Shown in pieces: positions 35,559 through 49,149 of a DNA stretch of 64,000 nucleotides. How positions within the stretch are numbered: the stretch's first letter is position 1; every line of letters starts with the position of its first letter. The position numbers and the translations under genes are program-made. The notes under the pieces were generated by a model, which saw nothing but the letters and a program-made list of their open reading frames with translations, searched no databases and had not been told where the DNA came from. The DNA comes from Squalus acanthias (lineage: Eukaryota), in contig CM059433.1 in assembly GCA_030390025.1 (NCBI GenBank), positions 6,946,001 through 7,010,000 of the forward strand. Reading direction: 5' to 3'.

Positions 35559-36291
35559 ACCGCAAACCCAATGACAGCGTCGACCCATGATTTTTATGAC
35601 TCTTGTGTCCTCTTGTTGGATCAACTGTTTCCTCCTATGGCCTTATAAATTAATTGAGCGAGTGCATAGCATTAGCACGCTTGTGTAATGACACAAAAGA
35701 GAATCAGGTCGCAAGCATGCTGATGAACAAGACTGGCTTCTGTCAAAAACAATTAACTAACTGGAAGCTTTTTAAAAAAGCTAAGTGAGAAAAGAAACAT
35801 ATGCATCAGCTGCTTAACAAATCAAAATTTAAATTTGGGAACATATAACTCGACCATTTCCAGATTAATCTAGCACTCTGTGGATGGGGAGTTCCAAACA
35901 CGTGCAGAAGAACTGGTCTCCATGGAAACTCATCAAATTCCGATGGGCCAAAGTAGACCAGCGGCAGATTTGAAAAATAAAAATGAGAGCGTGTCAGAGA
36001 GGTCATTTTGACATTGATTTTCCAGGGCCTGAACTGTACTAAGCTATAAAGTAAAAGGACCTAATTCAGCTCTTATGTGAGTGAAAATAATATTAATGAA
36101 CTACCTCTTAAAACCACTGAACGTTGCAGGTGGTGCTGTATTTAGTCTGTAGCACTGTGTTATAAAACCACTTGTGATGGAGCATTGGTCTCTGTAGTCA
36201 GTATTAGTGTTTTTGTCAAATTCAGATCCTGCATAACATTTTTTCCCTTTGGAGTGTAAAAAAATCCGCTTCCAATTTTTTTCTTCTTATT

Positions 36292-39200
36292 TCCGCAGGG
36301 CTCAGTACTAGGTCCCTTGCTTTTTGTGGTATATATCAATGATCTAGACTTGAATATAGGGGGTATGATTAAGAAGTTTGCAGATGATACTAAAATCGGC
36401 TGTGTGGTTGATACTGAAGAAGGAAGCTGTAGACTGCAGGAAGATATCAATAAGTTGGTCAGGGGGGCAGAACAGTGGCAAATGGAATTCAATCCGGAGA
36501 AGTGTGAGGTCATGCATTTGGGGAGGGCTAACAAGGAAAGGGAATACACGACTCAGGTCCTGAATTTAAACAAGGGGAATTATGATGCCATTAGACGGGA
36601 ACTGAGTAGGTCTGATTGGACAACGTTCCTGGGAGGACTGGAGGTAGATAAACAATGGCAAGCATTTAAAGATAGAATGACAAAATTGCAAAAATTGTTT
36701 ATACCAATCTGGCATAAAAGGAAATCTAAAAAGGTGACTCAACCGTGGATAACAGGGGAAATTAGAGACAGCATAAAATCCAAAGATAGGGCGTATAAAA
36801 TAGCCAAAAAACGCGCCAGAGCGGAAGATTGGGAACAGTTTAAGATAGAGCAAAGGAGGGCAAAGGGCTTAATCAAGAAGGGCAAAATAGCTTACGAAAG
36901 CAAGCTGGCGGAAAATATAAAAACTAACTCCAAAAGCTTTTATAAGTATATCAAGAGGAAAAGACTGGTGAAAACCAAAGTTGGTCCATTGCAGTCAGAT
37001 ACGGGGGAATATATAATGGGAAATAAGGAAATGGCAGACCAACTAAATGCATACTTTGGGTCAGTCTTTACGAAGGAAGACACAAAAAACCTCCCTGGGA
37101 TATCGGGAAAAATAGGGACATTGGCAAAGGAGGAACTGACGCAAATCAATATCTCTAAGGATATGGTGTTAAGGAAGCTAAAGGGATTGAAGGCGGACAA
37201 ATCCCCAGGGCCTGATAACATGCATCCTAGGGTACTGAAGGAGGTGGCCCTAGAGATAGCGGATGCACTAAGCATGATTTTTCAGAATTCATTAGACTCG
37301 GGAACAGTGCCCATGGATTGGAGGGTAGCTAACGTTACCCCACTATTCAAAAAGGGGGGTAGGGAAAAAGCAGGTAATTACAGACCTGTAAGCCTTACAT
37401 CAGTTGTGGGCAAAATGCTGGAGTCCATCATTAAGGATGAAATAGCCGAGCACTTAGCAAATGGGGACAGGATAGGACAGAGTCAACATGGATTTACAAA
37501 GGGTAAATCGTGCTTGACTAATCTATTGGAATTTTTTGAGGGAGTAACTGGTAAAATAGATGGGGGAGAGCCAGTAGATGTGGTGTACCTGGACTTCCAA
37601 AAGGCCTTCGATAAGGTCCCACATAAAAGATTAGCATGGAAAATTGAAGCTCATGGGATAAAGGGGAAAGTATTGACGTGGATAGAGAACTGGCTGTCAG
37701 ATAGAAAACAGAGAGTTGGAATAAACGGCTCATTTTCTGAATGGCAGGCAGTAACAAGTGGGGTACCACAGGGATCTGTCCTGGGTCCCCAGCTGTTCAC
37801 AATTTATATTAATGACCTGGATCAGGGAGTCGAATGCAGCATTTCCAAATTTGCAGACGACACTAAACTAGGAGGGGGGGTGGGCTCAGAGGAGGAGACC
37901 AGGAAGCTCCAGAGCGATTTGGACAGACTGGGTGATTGGGCGGATAAATGGCAGATGCACTATAATGTGGACAAGTGCGAAGTTATCCACCTTGGGTGCA
38001 GGAACGGGAGGGCAAATTATTATTTAAATGGCAATAAATTGGGAGAGGGGGAAGTACAGAGAGACCTGGGTGTTCTTGTACACCAGTCACTGAAGGCGAG
38101 CATGCAGGTGCAACAGGCGGTCAAGAAGGCAAACGGTATGCTGGCCTTCATAGCAAAAGGGTTGGAATACAGGAACAGGGATACCTTGCTGCAGCTGTAC
38201 AGGGCACTGGTGAGACCACACCTCGAGTACTGTGTACAGTTTTGGTCGCCTCATCTGAGGAAAGATGTTCTTGCCATGGAGGGGGTGCAGCGGCGATTCA
38301 CCAGGCTGATACCAGGAATGGCGGGATTGACCTATGAGGAGAGACTATGTAGTTTAGGGATGTACACACTGGAGTTTAGAAGATTGAGAGGGGACCTCAT
38401 AGAAGTGTATAAAATTCTGACAGGTCTAGACAGATTAGATGCAGAAGGAATGTTTCCCTTGGCGGTGAGAACAGAACTAGAGGACATAATTTAAGGATAA
38501 GGGCTAAACCATTTAGGACAGAAATGAGGGGAATTTCTTCACTCAGAGAGAATGGTAGGACACTGAGCAGTGTAGAGGAACAAAGGGACCTTGGCGTGCA
38601 TGTCCACAGATCCCTGAAGGTCGCAGGCCAGGTAGATAAGGTGGTTAAGAAGGCATACGGAATGCTTGCCTTTATTAGCCGTGGCATAGAATACAAGAGC
38701 AGGGGGGTTATGTTTCAACTGTATAAAACACTAGTTAGGCCTCAGCTAGTGTACTGCGTGCAGTTTTGGTCACCACATTACAGGAAATATGTGATTGCAT
38801 TAGAGAGGGTACAGAGGAGATTTACAAGGATGTTGCCGGGAGTAGAGAATCTTAGCTATGAGGAAAGACTGGATAGGCTGGGTCAGTTTTCCTTGGAACA
38901 GAGGAGGCTGAGGGGAGACCTTATTGAGGTGTATAAAATTATGAAGGGCACAGATAAAATGGATAGAAAGGACCTATTTCCCTTGGCAGAGGGGTCAAAA
39001 ACCAGGGGCACAGATTTAAAGTAACTGGTGGAAGGTTTAGAGGGGATTTGAGGGGAAATTTCTTCACCCAGAGGGTTGTGGGGTCTGGAACTCACTGCCT
39101 GAAAGGGTGGTAGAGGCAGGAACCCTAACCACATTTAAAAAGTACTTGGATGTGCACTTGGGATGCTCTAACCTGCAGGGCTACGGACCAAGAGCTGGGA

Positions 39201-39297
39201 AGTGGGATTGGGCTGGATAGCTCTTTGTTGGCCGACGCGGACACGATGGGCTGAAATGGCCTCCTTCCGTGCTGTAACTTTCTATGATTCTATGATT
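36292..39297 (+). mobile_element. Outer CR1 LINE (36292-36550 and 38551-39297)
   Basis: The frame breaks at ...ANKEREYT and resumes at NGRTLSSVEEQRDLG; it is colinear with the uninterrupted relative at 46173-47130. Confidence 0.9.
36551..38550 (+). mobile_element. Inner CR1 of a different subfamily with a long open RT frame; truncated at both ends
   Basis: Encodes KSPGPD, NYRPVSLTSV, DFQKAFDKVPH, GVPQGSVLGP and KFADDTK. A frameshift lies near 38465 and there is no 3' tail. Confidence 0.92.
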
Positions 39298-39859
39298 TCA
39301 ATTCTAAATAAGGACATTTTGAAGGTAGAAGGTACATTTTGATATAATTATCTGCATAATGTTTGACTTGGGAAATGTGTTGATTATCTGTCTGTTCTTC
39401 TGCTCCTTATTGGAGTGATTTTATCGGTTTTCCTTCTTTCTCCTATTTTGCTGACTGCCAATGCTTGGTTTGTTGTTTTAATGTAATCCCTCACTGGTAG
39501 ATTTTCTATCCATTTTCCTCAATTTAATTTCTTACGTTCCGTACCTTTCGGTTGTGATTTGTCACTGTTTTATCAATATGCATTTTGAGTCATGTACATA
39601 GGCCTATACGGTGGCGCCTGAAGTTTGATGTCGGACTTTGACACAGAGAACTGGATTTCCTTCTTCATGGCAGTATCGTGGTTTCTGCCCACCACCCCGA
39701 CCCATTTTCCTGGGCCAAGGGTCATTTAACATGAAGGACATGGGAAATATGCACCACAAAAGGGAGCCTGCTACTCCCACTGATGGAATAATCCTAGCAG
39801 TGTTGCAGTGGGAGGAAGGGGACAAGGTAACAGAGGGAGTTGGAATGGTAAGGAGAATA

Positions 39860-40050
39860 TAAAGGGAGAGAAATCAGGTGGAAGAGGGGTGGGGGAGAGG
39901 AGGAAAATGGGGACAATGAGGAAAGGAGAGGAGATGGACGAGTAGAGGAGGAGGAAGGAGGACAGGGAAAATGGGAGGAGTGAGTGAAGGGAAGTAGGGA
40001 GAAGAGAAGAAGGGGTTTGAGGGAGGGAAATGGGGGAGAGGATTGGAAAA
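39860..40050. repeat. Polypurine low-complexity tract
   Basis: G/A-rich sequence. Confidence 0.8.
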
Positions 40051-41589
40051 GGTGACTAAGCAGGTAATATACCTCAGTCAGGGGCGGAGAGAAATCCAGA
40101 AAACATTCTTAGCTGGGACGTGGTCATGAAGCAATCTCAGTGGGGAGGGGTGGCAGACATTTTCGGCAGGCTGGGGGAAGAACAGGAAATGCTACCAACA
40201 GGGGCAGAAGCTGAGGTGGAGAAATTGTGTTAGCAGGGTCGAGGGGGGGCGGGGGGGTGGGTGGTGCAGGGAAATATGCGGAATGGGTAGGGGGGAGAGG
40301 TGGTAAATATGCCTACTTAGGGGAGGGGCGGTTTGTTGCTTAGGAAATATGTTGACGGGATGGGTGGTAACAAAATATATGGCCGGGGGGTGTTGGTGGT
40401 TTATTGAGCTACGCAAGGGGGAGTTTAGTGCGGTGAATGGAAGGGGGAGTTCATCCGTTGTGAGAAGACATCAGGGGCGAGTCATGCACAGTGGGATCTT
40501 CTAAATTTCAAAACTGAACTATTTTCTACTCCGCTATTGGGAAGGGCACTGCGGTTATCAGGTGGGAGGATTAAAACAACAGGTGTCAAATGTACAAGAG
40601 TGCTGATCCAGAGGCAGACTCGCAATATAAAATCAGAATAAATGCAGAGGGGTCCAGGTCTGGATAATTGAACTTTTTTCTGTGTTTCACATCAATGCAG
40701 CTGCTAAGCCACTGGAGTAGAGCCACCCAGAGGGCACTGTGTGCACGGCCATGCAGTAAGGCATCAGCTGTACAGATCGGGAAGTACTGATAGCTTGCAA
40801 CTCCTGCTCCTGTGGGCCCCAGAAAAATAATCTGGGCCTCTGCTGCCCCAGGACCCCAACCCTCTGCAATCGCGTGCTCCCCCCCCCTGCCCCCACACTT
40901 ACCTTGCTGCGGGACGGCCTGATATCGGGCCTCAATCCGACGAGCTGCATTGGGACGCCCATTTGGCGCCCCACAGCTCGCTATTCCTATATTAATGAGG
41001 CCGCTGCCTCAAAATCATGGTCGCCTCTCTGCTACGGGTACGGGCGATCAACCAGCACGCTCCGCCAGTCACTCGCCGAAAGTCAAAATCGGCCCCAGGG
41101 AGAAAAGACCAAGTGGGGATTATTACTAGCCATTCCATCGGGGTCATTTCAGCTTCTGGCAAGAGTGTAAAATGGGCGGTTTCGGCTCGGCCACCCGTTA
41201 TGCAGCTCACCTGATTTCAGAAAATCGGGCGCGGCGCATAAAGGGCGGCCGATTCGACTTCGCCCGTTTTACACTGTCACCAACAGTTAAAATTACCCGC
41301 CCCCCCGTGAATCCTGACAGATTCTGACTGCAGGATCTGGAGACTGCTGCAGTCAATTAACACAGCGCATCCCTCCTGCAGGAGAACACAGCTCATGCCA
41401 GGGAACAGCAGGCCATCAGGGGAGTGAGTGCAGACACCCACACATTAACGCATCATGAAGAGGAGGCGCTGTCAATGATTGGAATCAAACCTGGCCTGGC
41501 AACTGGGGATGGCGATGTGGGAGTTATTATTATGCCTTAAGTGGGTTCCTGATCAACAAGAAAATGCATTTATATAGCGCCCCCTGACC

Positions 41590-42073
41590 TCCCGCTGGAC
41601 GCTATGTCTGACAGGGTCAGGGTGCCGTGTATTCGGCCGCGGCGGCGCAAATTAAAGGGTAGGTGCCGGGCGGCCATTTTTTTGGGGGCCGTCTGCCAGC
41701 ACCTGGCCCCTCTCGCCTCCTCCTGCGGGGTGCCGGCCGCGATCGGTCAGCCCGGCTCTCCTCTTGAGTGCCGGGATTTTTTGCTGGAACCCCGCTCTCC
41801 GGTGGTCCAGCAGGGCCCCGGTGCGCGCTGCGCTAGGCCCCTCCCCTTTAATCAGGAGAGGGAGGCCTGCAATGATGCGGCGCTACGTGCCGACGCGCGT
41901 GGAGCTGCTGCACGTAGCGCCGCGATATTCAATGGGAGCGCCCCAAGAGGGAGGAGGAGCGCTTCCAGTAGCGCCCCGCCTCCTGCTTGGGGCGCTACCA
42001 TTCAATTTATGGCGCGGGGGCGCTAACCCGGCGAAGTTAGCACCCCAAAGGGGGCGCGACCCAATTTTTCCCC
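41590..42073 (-). mobile_element. GC-rich Harbinger terminal fragment related to the 19130/51090 family
   Basis: Minus strand starts GGGGAAAAATTGGGTCGCGCCCCCTTTGGGG, like the left end at 19130. Confidence 0.65.
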
Positions 42074-42337
42074 CTAGCTGTTTAAGATAGCATGCTGGTC
42101 ACGCAAGCCCAAGCTAACAGTGCTGTTTTTCCCTTCAGTGGCTGCAACCAGGAAAGAGAAGAGAAAGATGATGATGGCCAAGAGATGGTCGTCCCCATTA
42201 CCACTCACAACATTGGCATTCACTCGCCCATCCTGGCATTCACTCGCCCATCCCATCATTCACTTTCTCCCTTGCACACAGCACCCCAGTTACAGTCACT
42301 AATGGAAGTACAGATAGTGTAGATGAGGAACAACAAC

Positions 42338-42415
42338 AGAAAACGCTGGAAAAACTCAGCAGGCCAGGCAACATCCATGGAGAGAGAGTTAACGTTTCAG
42401 GTCGAAACCCTTCAG
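42338..42415 (-). mobile_element. Penelope-like terminal fragment, family 2
   Basis: Homologous to 16490-16575. Confidence 0.55.
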
Positions 42416-42614
42416 AAGAGTCCTGAAGAATGGAATTATTTTTTTAGCCTCGGCTGAGACTGAGGCCTAAAAAGGGAGGTGTGTGGTGCCTATATGGAGC
42501 AAGAGGAGGCCATTAGTCGGCCCTCTCCCTCCATCCTGTGACTTAGGGTGATTACCACCGCTACCCCAGTGACCACTGCCAGCTCGGCAACGGAGACAGC
42601 AGCAGTAAGCAGGT

Positions 42615-43232
42615 AAATGAAAACAGGGATGAAAATTGTAAAATCGAGGTGTTGCCGGACCGGGAGCCAATGTAGGTCAGCGAACACAAGGGTGATGGGC
42701 GAACGGGACTTGGTGCGAATTAGGACACGGGCAGCAGAGTTTCGGATGAGCTCAAGCACGACAGCAACTCGCCAAGGCTTCTTCGGCAGCACCTCCCAAA
42801 CCCGCGACCTCTTCCACCTAGAAGGACAAGGGCAGCAGGCACATGGGAACACCACCACCTCCAAGTTCCCCTCCAAGTCACACACACCATCCTGACTTGG
42901 AAGTATATCGGCCGTTCCTTCATCATCGCTGGGTCAAAATCCTGGAACTCCCTCCCTAACAGCACTGTGGGAGTACCTTCACCACACGGACTGCAGCGGT
43001 TCAAGAAGGCGGCTCACCACCACCTTCTCAAGGGCAATTAGGGATGGGCAATAAATGCTGGCCTTGCCAGCGACGCCCACATCCCAAAAACAAATTTTTT
43101 TAAATTTAAAAAAGTTTATGGAGGGTGCAAGGGGGGAGGCAGCCCAGGAGAGCGTTGGAATAGTCGAGTCTAGATGCAATAAAGGCATGGATGAGAGTTT
43201 CAGCAGCAGATGGCCTGAGGCAGGGCGGGGAC
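42615..43232. mobile_element. L2 fragments (minus; 42615-42752 and 43120-43232) flanking a CR1/L2-group LINE 3' end (plus; 42760-43090)
   Basis: Encodes NSAARVLIRTKSRSPIT on the minus strand and HTILTWKYIGRSF...HHHLLKGN on the plus strand. Confidence 0.8.
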
Positions 43233-43384
43233 GGGCGAAAAAAGAAAGAAGTGGCTGATGATACTGCTGGCTGGCAAAACAAAATCTACCTTCATATGCA
43301 CTCCATACTATGAATGTAACATATGTCAATTCAGGGCATTATAACCAAAGAGTAATCGCAATAAAAAGTAGTTAGATGTTAGGA

Positions 43385-43985
43385 AGGATGTCTTGCTGCA
43401 GTTGTACAGGGCCTTGGTGAGACCACACCTTGAGTACTGTGTGCAGTTCAGGTCGCCTTATCTGAGGAAGGATGTTCTTGCCATGGAGGGAGTGCAGCGA
43501 AGATTCACCAGGCTGATACCTGGGATGGCAGGAATGACGTATGAGGAGAGATTGGGTCGATTGGGCTTATACTCGCTGGAGTTTAGAAGAATGAGAGGGG
43601 ATCTCATTGAAACTTATAAAATTCTGACAGGACTAGACAGACTAGATGAAGGAAGGCTGTTCCCGATGGCCGGGGAGTCCAGAACCAAGGGTCACAGTCT
43701 AAGGATAAGGGGTAAGCCACTTAGGACTGAGATGAGGAGGAATTTCTTCACCCAGAGAGTGGTGAACCTGTGGAATTCTCCACCACAGAAGGCAGTAGAG
43801 GCCAATTCATTAAATATATTCAAGAAGGAGTTAGATATATTTCTTAAAGCTAAAGGGATCAAGGGATATGGGGAGAAGGCAGGGACAGGGTACTGAATTT
43901 GGATGATCAGCCATGATCTCATTGAATGGCGGAGCAGGCTCGAGGGGCTGAATGGCCTGCTCCTGCTCCTATCTTCTATGTCTAT
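43385..43985 (+). mobile_element. CR1 LINE 3' end
   Basis: 167-aa ORF2 C-terminus plus tail. Confidence 0.92.
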
Positions 43986-44164
43986 GAAGTGGAACTCCAT
44001 TCATGCTTATGAGTGCACATGAATCTCTGTGGCCCATTTCTTACAGTAAGAACACACTTTTCTTGCAGTGCACTGATCCTGCACCCCAAGAGCTGGAGCA
44101 GAAAGTCTATCCCAGGGTATATTGGACATGATACATTGTGGTAGTGAGATGATACACTGAGTCA

Positions 44165-44830
44165 ACATAAGAAACAGGAGCAGGAGTCGGCCAATCGGCC
44201 CCTCGAGCCTGCTCCGCCATTCAATAAGATCATGGCTGATCCAATCTTGGCCTCAACACCACTTTCCCGCTCTCTCCCCATACCCCTCGACTCCCTTATA
44301 GTTCAAATGTCTTGTCAATTTCCGCCTTGAATATATTCAGTGACTCCGCCTCCACAGCTCTCTGGGGTAGAGAATTCCAAAGATTCACGACCCTCTGAGA
44401 GAAGAAATTCCTCCTCATCTCCGTCTTAAAAGGGCGACCCCTTATTCTGAAACTATGCCCCTAGTTCTAGATACCCCCACGAGGGGAAACATCCTCTCAG
44501 CATCCACCCTGTCAATCCCCCTCAGAATCTTATATGTTTCAATATGATCACCTCTCATTCTTCTGAACTCCAGTGAGTATAGGCCCAACCTGCTCAGCCT
44601 TTCGTCATACGTCAACCCCTTCATCCCAGGAATCAACCTAGTGAACCTTCTCTGCACTGCCTCCAAGGCAAGTATATCCTTCCTTAAATATGGAGACCAA
44701 AATTGTACGCAGTACTCCAGGTGCGGTCTCACCAACGCCCTGTAAAGTTGCATCAAAACTTCCCTACTTTTATTCTCCATAGCCCTTGCAATAAAGGCCA
44801 ACATTCCATTAGCCTTCCTAATTACTTGCT
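44165..44830 (-). mobile_element. CR1 LINE 3' end
   Basis: Encodes MLAFIAR...LYRALVRPHLEYCVQFWSP and carries a tail. Confidence 0.92.
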
Positions 44831-45497
44831 GTGGCTGTGGAGAGCCCTGATGACTGATTCCAGGGAGTGTCAGAGTGTTGATGGAAACTGTGTGAATGGC
44901 TGATGGGATTTGCTTGTAGCAGCAGAGGTTTAAGAGTTACACAATTGAGGGGGGGAGGGGGAGGAGCCTGCTCAGGTGCTTGGAATTTGAGCGATGTGTG
45001 GGATTTTGTCCATACGCTGATCAAAAACTTGCCAATGTCAGAGGCCTAGGAGGCAGTGTGCTGGATCTGCTTCGATCATGTGGTTGGTGACCTGTTGCCA
45101 GTGGACTTACAGCTTTGAGTTTCGAGGGAAATTTGCCTTGAAATTTGTTTGCGCCAGCCTGCAACCCAATTTTGCATGTGAGGTCTCAAACGGGCGTCAG
45201 GCCTCTTATTTGCATATTCAAAGGGCCTAATGCCTGTTTCCAGTGCGGGCCTGGGACGCCTTTTGTCGCCAATGCCATTATGGCGGGCAGTGCACTTCCT
45301 GCCCGCCATATTGGAGGATTCGGCTCCCGTTTAGCACCTCAAAAACAAGCACGTGCCATTGAATTTCTCAGACTTGGTTTCAACACTGCCTCAAGACCTT
45401 TCTCATGGTCACTTGCTAAGGGACTTTTCCCCATTACCTATCTACCATCGCCTGCGGCATAGCATTTCAGCTTTTTGTTCTTATATTAGAGTCATAT

Positions 45498-46172
45498 GGG
45501 CTGGATTTTCAATGACCCGTGGAGTCGGGTTTGGAGGCGTGTGGGGGTTAAAGTTGCGGATCCCACCTCCACGCAATTTTGACAAAATCAGTCGCGGGGT
45601 TCCCGACTCCGTCCCACCTCCAAGAGGTGGGAGAGGCCATTAAAGCCCTTAACAAGCCCTAAATTGGCTCTGTAATGCCATTTTGAAACGTTTTAGCTAG
45701 TTTAACCCTTTTCCGATGTGAAGTACGCCTGATGTGAAACACGCCAGTGAAACCTGGCGGGAGCACAAGTGGATAGCTGACTATCAGCTGCAGGTCCACT
45801 ATTACAACGGAGATGTGATGAAGGTAGTAGTAGTATTAGGTGTCAAAGTTGATGCTGCTGCATTGAATGTCTTCAGAGACACTCTCTCTCTCTCTCTCTC
45901 TCCCCTGCTGCTGCTGCTCATTTTGCATCCAGGTCCACTCACAGCAAAGGCCAGGCAGTCTCTGAGACCAGGCAGTCTCTGCAATGATGACATCATCAGA
46001 GGCGACTTTCAGACTCAAACCACTAATTAGTTCATGGGTTCCCACATGCTGGAACTCAATTGCCCAATTAAGTTAAAATTGCATCAATCTCCCACATTAA
46101 TCTGGAGTCGGGAGGGCAACACGAAATGCGGATCACACGACCCCGACCCGACCCCAAGACAAAATCCAGCCC
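45498..46172 (-). mobile_element. Non-autonomous Harbinger, GGGCTGGATTTT family (reverse orientation)
   Basis: 12-bp TIRs; reverse complement of 7606-8326. The TSD is imperfect (ATA-T / ATA). Confidence 0.9.
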
Positions 46173-47130
46173 ATAGAGTTATACAGCACAGAAAGAGGCC
46201 CTTCAGCCCATTGTGTCCACGCCGGCCATCAAGCCCTGTCTATTCTAATCCCATTTTCCAGCACTTGGTCCGTAGGCTTGTATGCTATGGCGTTTCAAGT
46301 GCTCATCTAAATGCTTCTTGAATGTTGTGAGGGTTCCTGCCTCTACCACCCTTTCAGGCAGTGAGTTCCAGATTCCAACCACCCTCTGGGTGAAAAAGTT
46401 TTCCCTCAAATCCCCTCTAAACCTCATGCCCCTTACCTTGAAACTATGCCCCCTGGTTATTGACCCCTCTACTAAGGGGAAAAGTTCCTTTCTATCTACC
46501 CTATCTATGCCCCTCATAATTTTGTACACCTCAATCAGGTCCCCCCTCAGCCTTCTCTGCTCTAAGGAAAACAACCCCAGCCTGTCCAGTCTCTCTTCAT
46601 AGCTGAAGCGCTCCAGCCCAGGTAACATCCTGGTGTATCTCCTCTGCACCCTCTCCAATGCAATCACATCCCTCCTATAGTGTGGCGACCAGAACTGCAC
46701 ACAATATTCCAGCTGTGGCCTAACTAGCGTTTTGTACAGCTCCATCATAACCTCCCTGCTCTTATATTCTATGCCTCGGCTAATGAAGGCAAGTATCCTA
46801 TATGCCTTTTTAACCACGTTATCTACCTGTCCTGCTGCCTTCAGGGATCTATGTACATGCACACCAAGGTCCCTCTGATCCTCTGTCCTTCCTAGGGTCC
46901 TACCATTCATTGTGTATTCCCTTGCCTTGTTAGTCCTCCCAAAATGCATCACCTCACACTTTTCAGGGTTAAATTCCATTTGCCACTGTTCTGCCCATCT
47001 GCCCGTCTATATCGTCCTGTAGCCTGAGGCTTCCCTCCTCGCTATTTACCACTCCACCAATTTTCGTGTCATCTGCGAACTTACTGATCATACCTCCTAC
47101 ATTCATATCTAAATCATTAATGTACACTAC
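46173..47130 (-). mobile_element. CR1 LINE 3' end
   Basis: 244-aa ORF2 C-terminus, with KFADDTKIGG upstream. Confidence 0.92.
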
Positions 47131-47530
47131 TTTCAGAGGAGCTTAGGTTTTTGATATCAGACTGACTGTACTTACTATTCGCGCTTGCTGAACTATTCCA
47201 CTTTTTTCATTGTTATTTACTTTTTCCCTTCTTCCTTTTTCTCTTTGAAATGGCTCATCTCCATGCACTGATAGGGTGTCAGTGAGTGGCTCATAGGCAC
47301 CTGCTGCTTAAGGACGGGGTAGTAAGCAAAACAAAGAAGAAAACCAGTGGAGGAGGAAGAAGAGAGCCAGAAGAACAGCACAGAGAACAGGAGAACAGGA
47401 GAAACAGTGGAAGAGAAAGAAAAAAGGACAGAAAGCACAAGAAGAAAATTCAGATGTAGGAAAAGAAATAAACATTACTCCTTTACCACTATCTCAAATT
47501 GCAGGCGAGAAAACACAGACTGGCAGTAAT

Positions 47531-48253
47531 GGCCCAGAAATTGATCCTGCGACGCGATCGCGTATTCTCTCTCCAATTGCCGGTTTTCTGCATGCCCTGC
47601 GCATGCGCTGAAAACCGGCAATTGCTCTTTTGAAAAGGGGGCGGTTCCTCGGTGCATCGCGTGCGCGCTACAGGCTGCGCGCACGCTGTGCACTTCGTGC
47701 TTTGGACGCGCAGGTAAGTACGGAAGATTTTAGAAATGGAAAAAGGAGGAGTAAGACCCACTTTTAAGAAGGTAAGTAGTGAATTAAGTATTTTTTTGAA
47801 TTTTTTTTAACAGGTATATCTTTTTTAGAGACTTTAAAGACAGGTAAGTTTATTTTTATAACTTTTTAAAAGATTTAAAAAATTTTCAAAAATTTAATTT
47901 TTTATTTAAAATGGTTAATTTATTTAACTATACTTATTTTATTAATGTGATGGTTTTTTTTTTATTTAATTGAGGTTTAGCTGTTATTTTGGGGGGGTGT
48001 AAGATTCATAGATTTCACAGCACGTATGTGAAACTTATGAATGGAAGATGGTGTGCTGCCATTGGCTCTAACTGAGTCACGTGATCCCACAGCTCGCACG
48101 AATTCACTACGCCGGTGGGATACGCAAGCACTGCCCAGCTGATGTCTGGAACATCAAGTTCGTGCGAGCTGGATCTGAAAAAGCACAAGCGGAGTGAGAG
48201 ATCGCGGGGAAGCCTTACCCCCGCGGGAACAGAGCGAGATCAATTTCTGGGCC
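47531..48253. mobile_element. Harbinger-type MITE
   Basis: Perfect 16-bp TIRs GGCCCAGAAATTGATC/GATCAATTTCTGGGCC; TSD AAT at 47528-47530 and 48254-48256. Confidence 0.9.
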
Positions 48254-49149
48254 AATAGCTCTGATGAGCAAAATCGCACTGCCATATTAGTCAGCAAAGC
48301 ATTAAAACATTTGAATGAAATTCTTCTGTCTGCTATTTTAATAAAGGAAGTATTCAAAATAAATGGGTAACTTTTTAAACCATTTTGCATAAAAATATAT
48401 ATTCCTTGATATATTTAAGCGTGGTAACCTGGCGCAGTTTGATTCTTCCAAATGATTTAACACAATTGATACCAATACTGCACAGTGCAATATCAATCCC
48501 TAAAAGCAGCATCACTGGCAAAAGTACCAAATTACAATCAGTAGTACCCTTACCACACAGAGTAATACCACCACTGCTCTCAGCTTAGTTCAAAAGGGTA
48601 TATTGTAAGATGGATTCCACAGCACTGGAACAACACAAAACAGTATGCTGCACTGTTGTGTGAAGGTCATAATTTATCACTTTCTTTTCTGCACACAGGA
48701 TCTTCCCCTGTGGTCAGGTAAGGTCTGCACAAAAAATTGCCACCTCACATACTTTTTAGCACTGCCACTAAAGTCTGAGGTACTGTCAATGGCAGCACGG
48801 TAAAGTAAAGGGGGCGTTAGAAGATGTCAAATCCAGACACTCGAAGCCTGGTACAAGAATACCTGATCCACACTTCTCCTGACTGGTAAACTCACCCCTT
48901 GTATACAAAAAGCAGTTGCTGTTTAAGTGAAAATATAATTGCTGTCAGTGCAGGAATAAGTTCTCATTTGTTCTGACCCAAAAATTCATTAGTGCTGGCA
49001 CAAACTGTTGCGTTAGGAAAAGATGTCTGTCTAAGAGATAACTCTTTGACAGTATCTTTAAAGCTCTTATTCAGCACAAAATAAATGTAATTTAAAAAGA
49101 TAACATTAATAAATAGAAATATTATAATTTTCCTAGGTGGGATTAAGAT

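Noticed and set aside
36317..38494. 725-aa ORF as a functional gene or active LINE
   Set aside because: It is a chimera of two truncated CR1s with no endonuclease, and has a C-terminal frameshift.
47310..47470. Lys/Arg/Glu-rich coding exon
   Set aside because: Purine-rich low complexity with no convincing splice sites or homology.
48699..48717. 19-nt micro-exon (cacag/GATC...TCAG/gtaagg)
   Set aside because: The splice-like flanks are good, but there is no gene context and such matches arise by chance.
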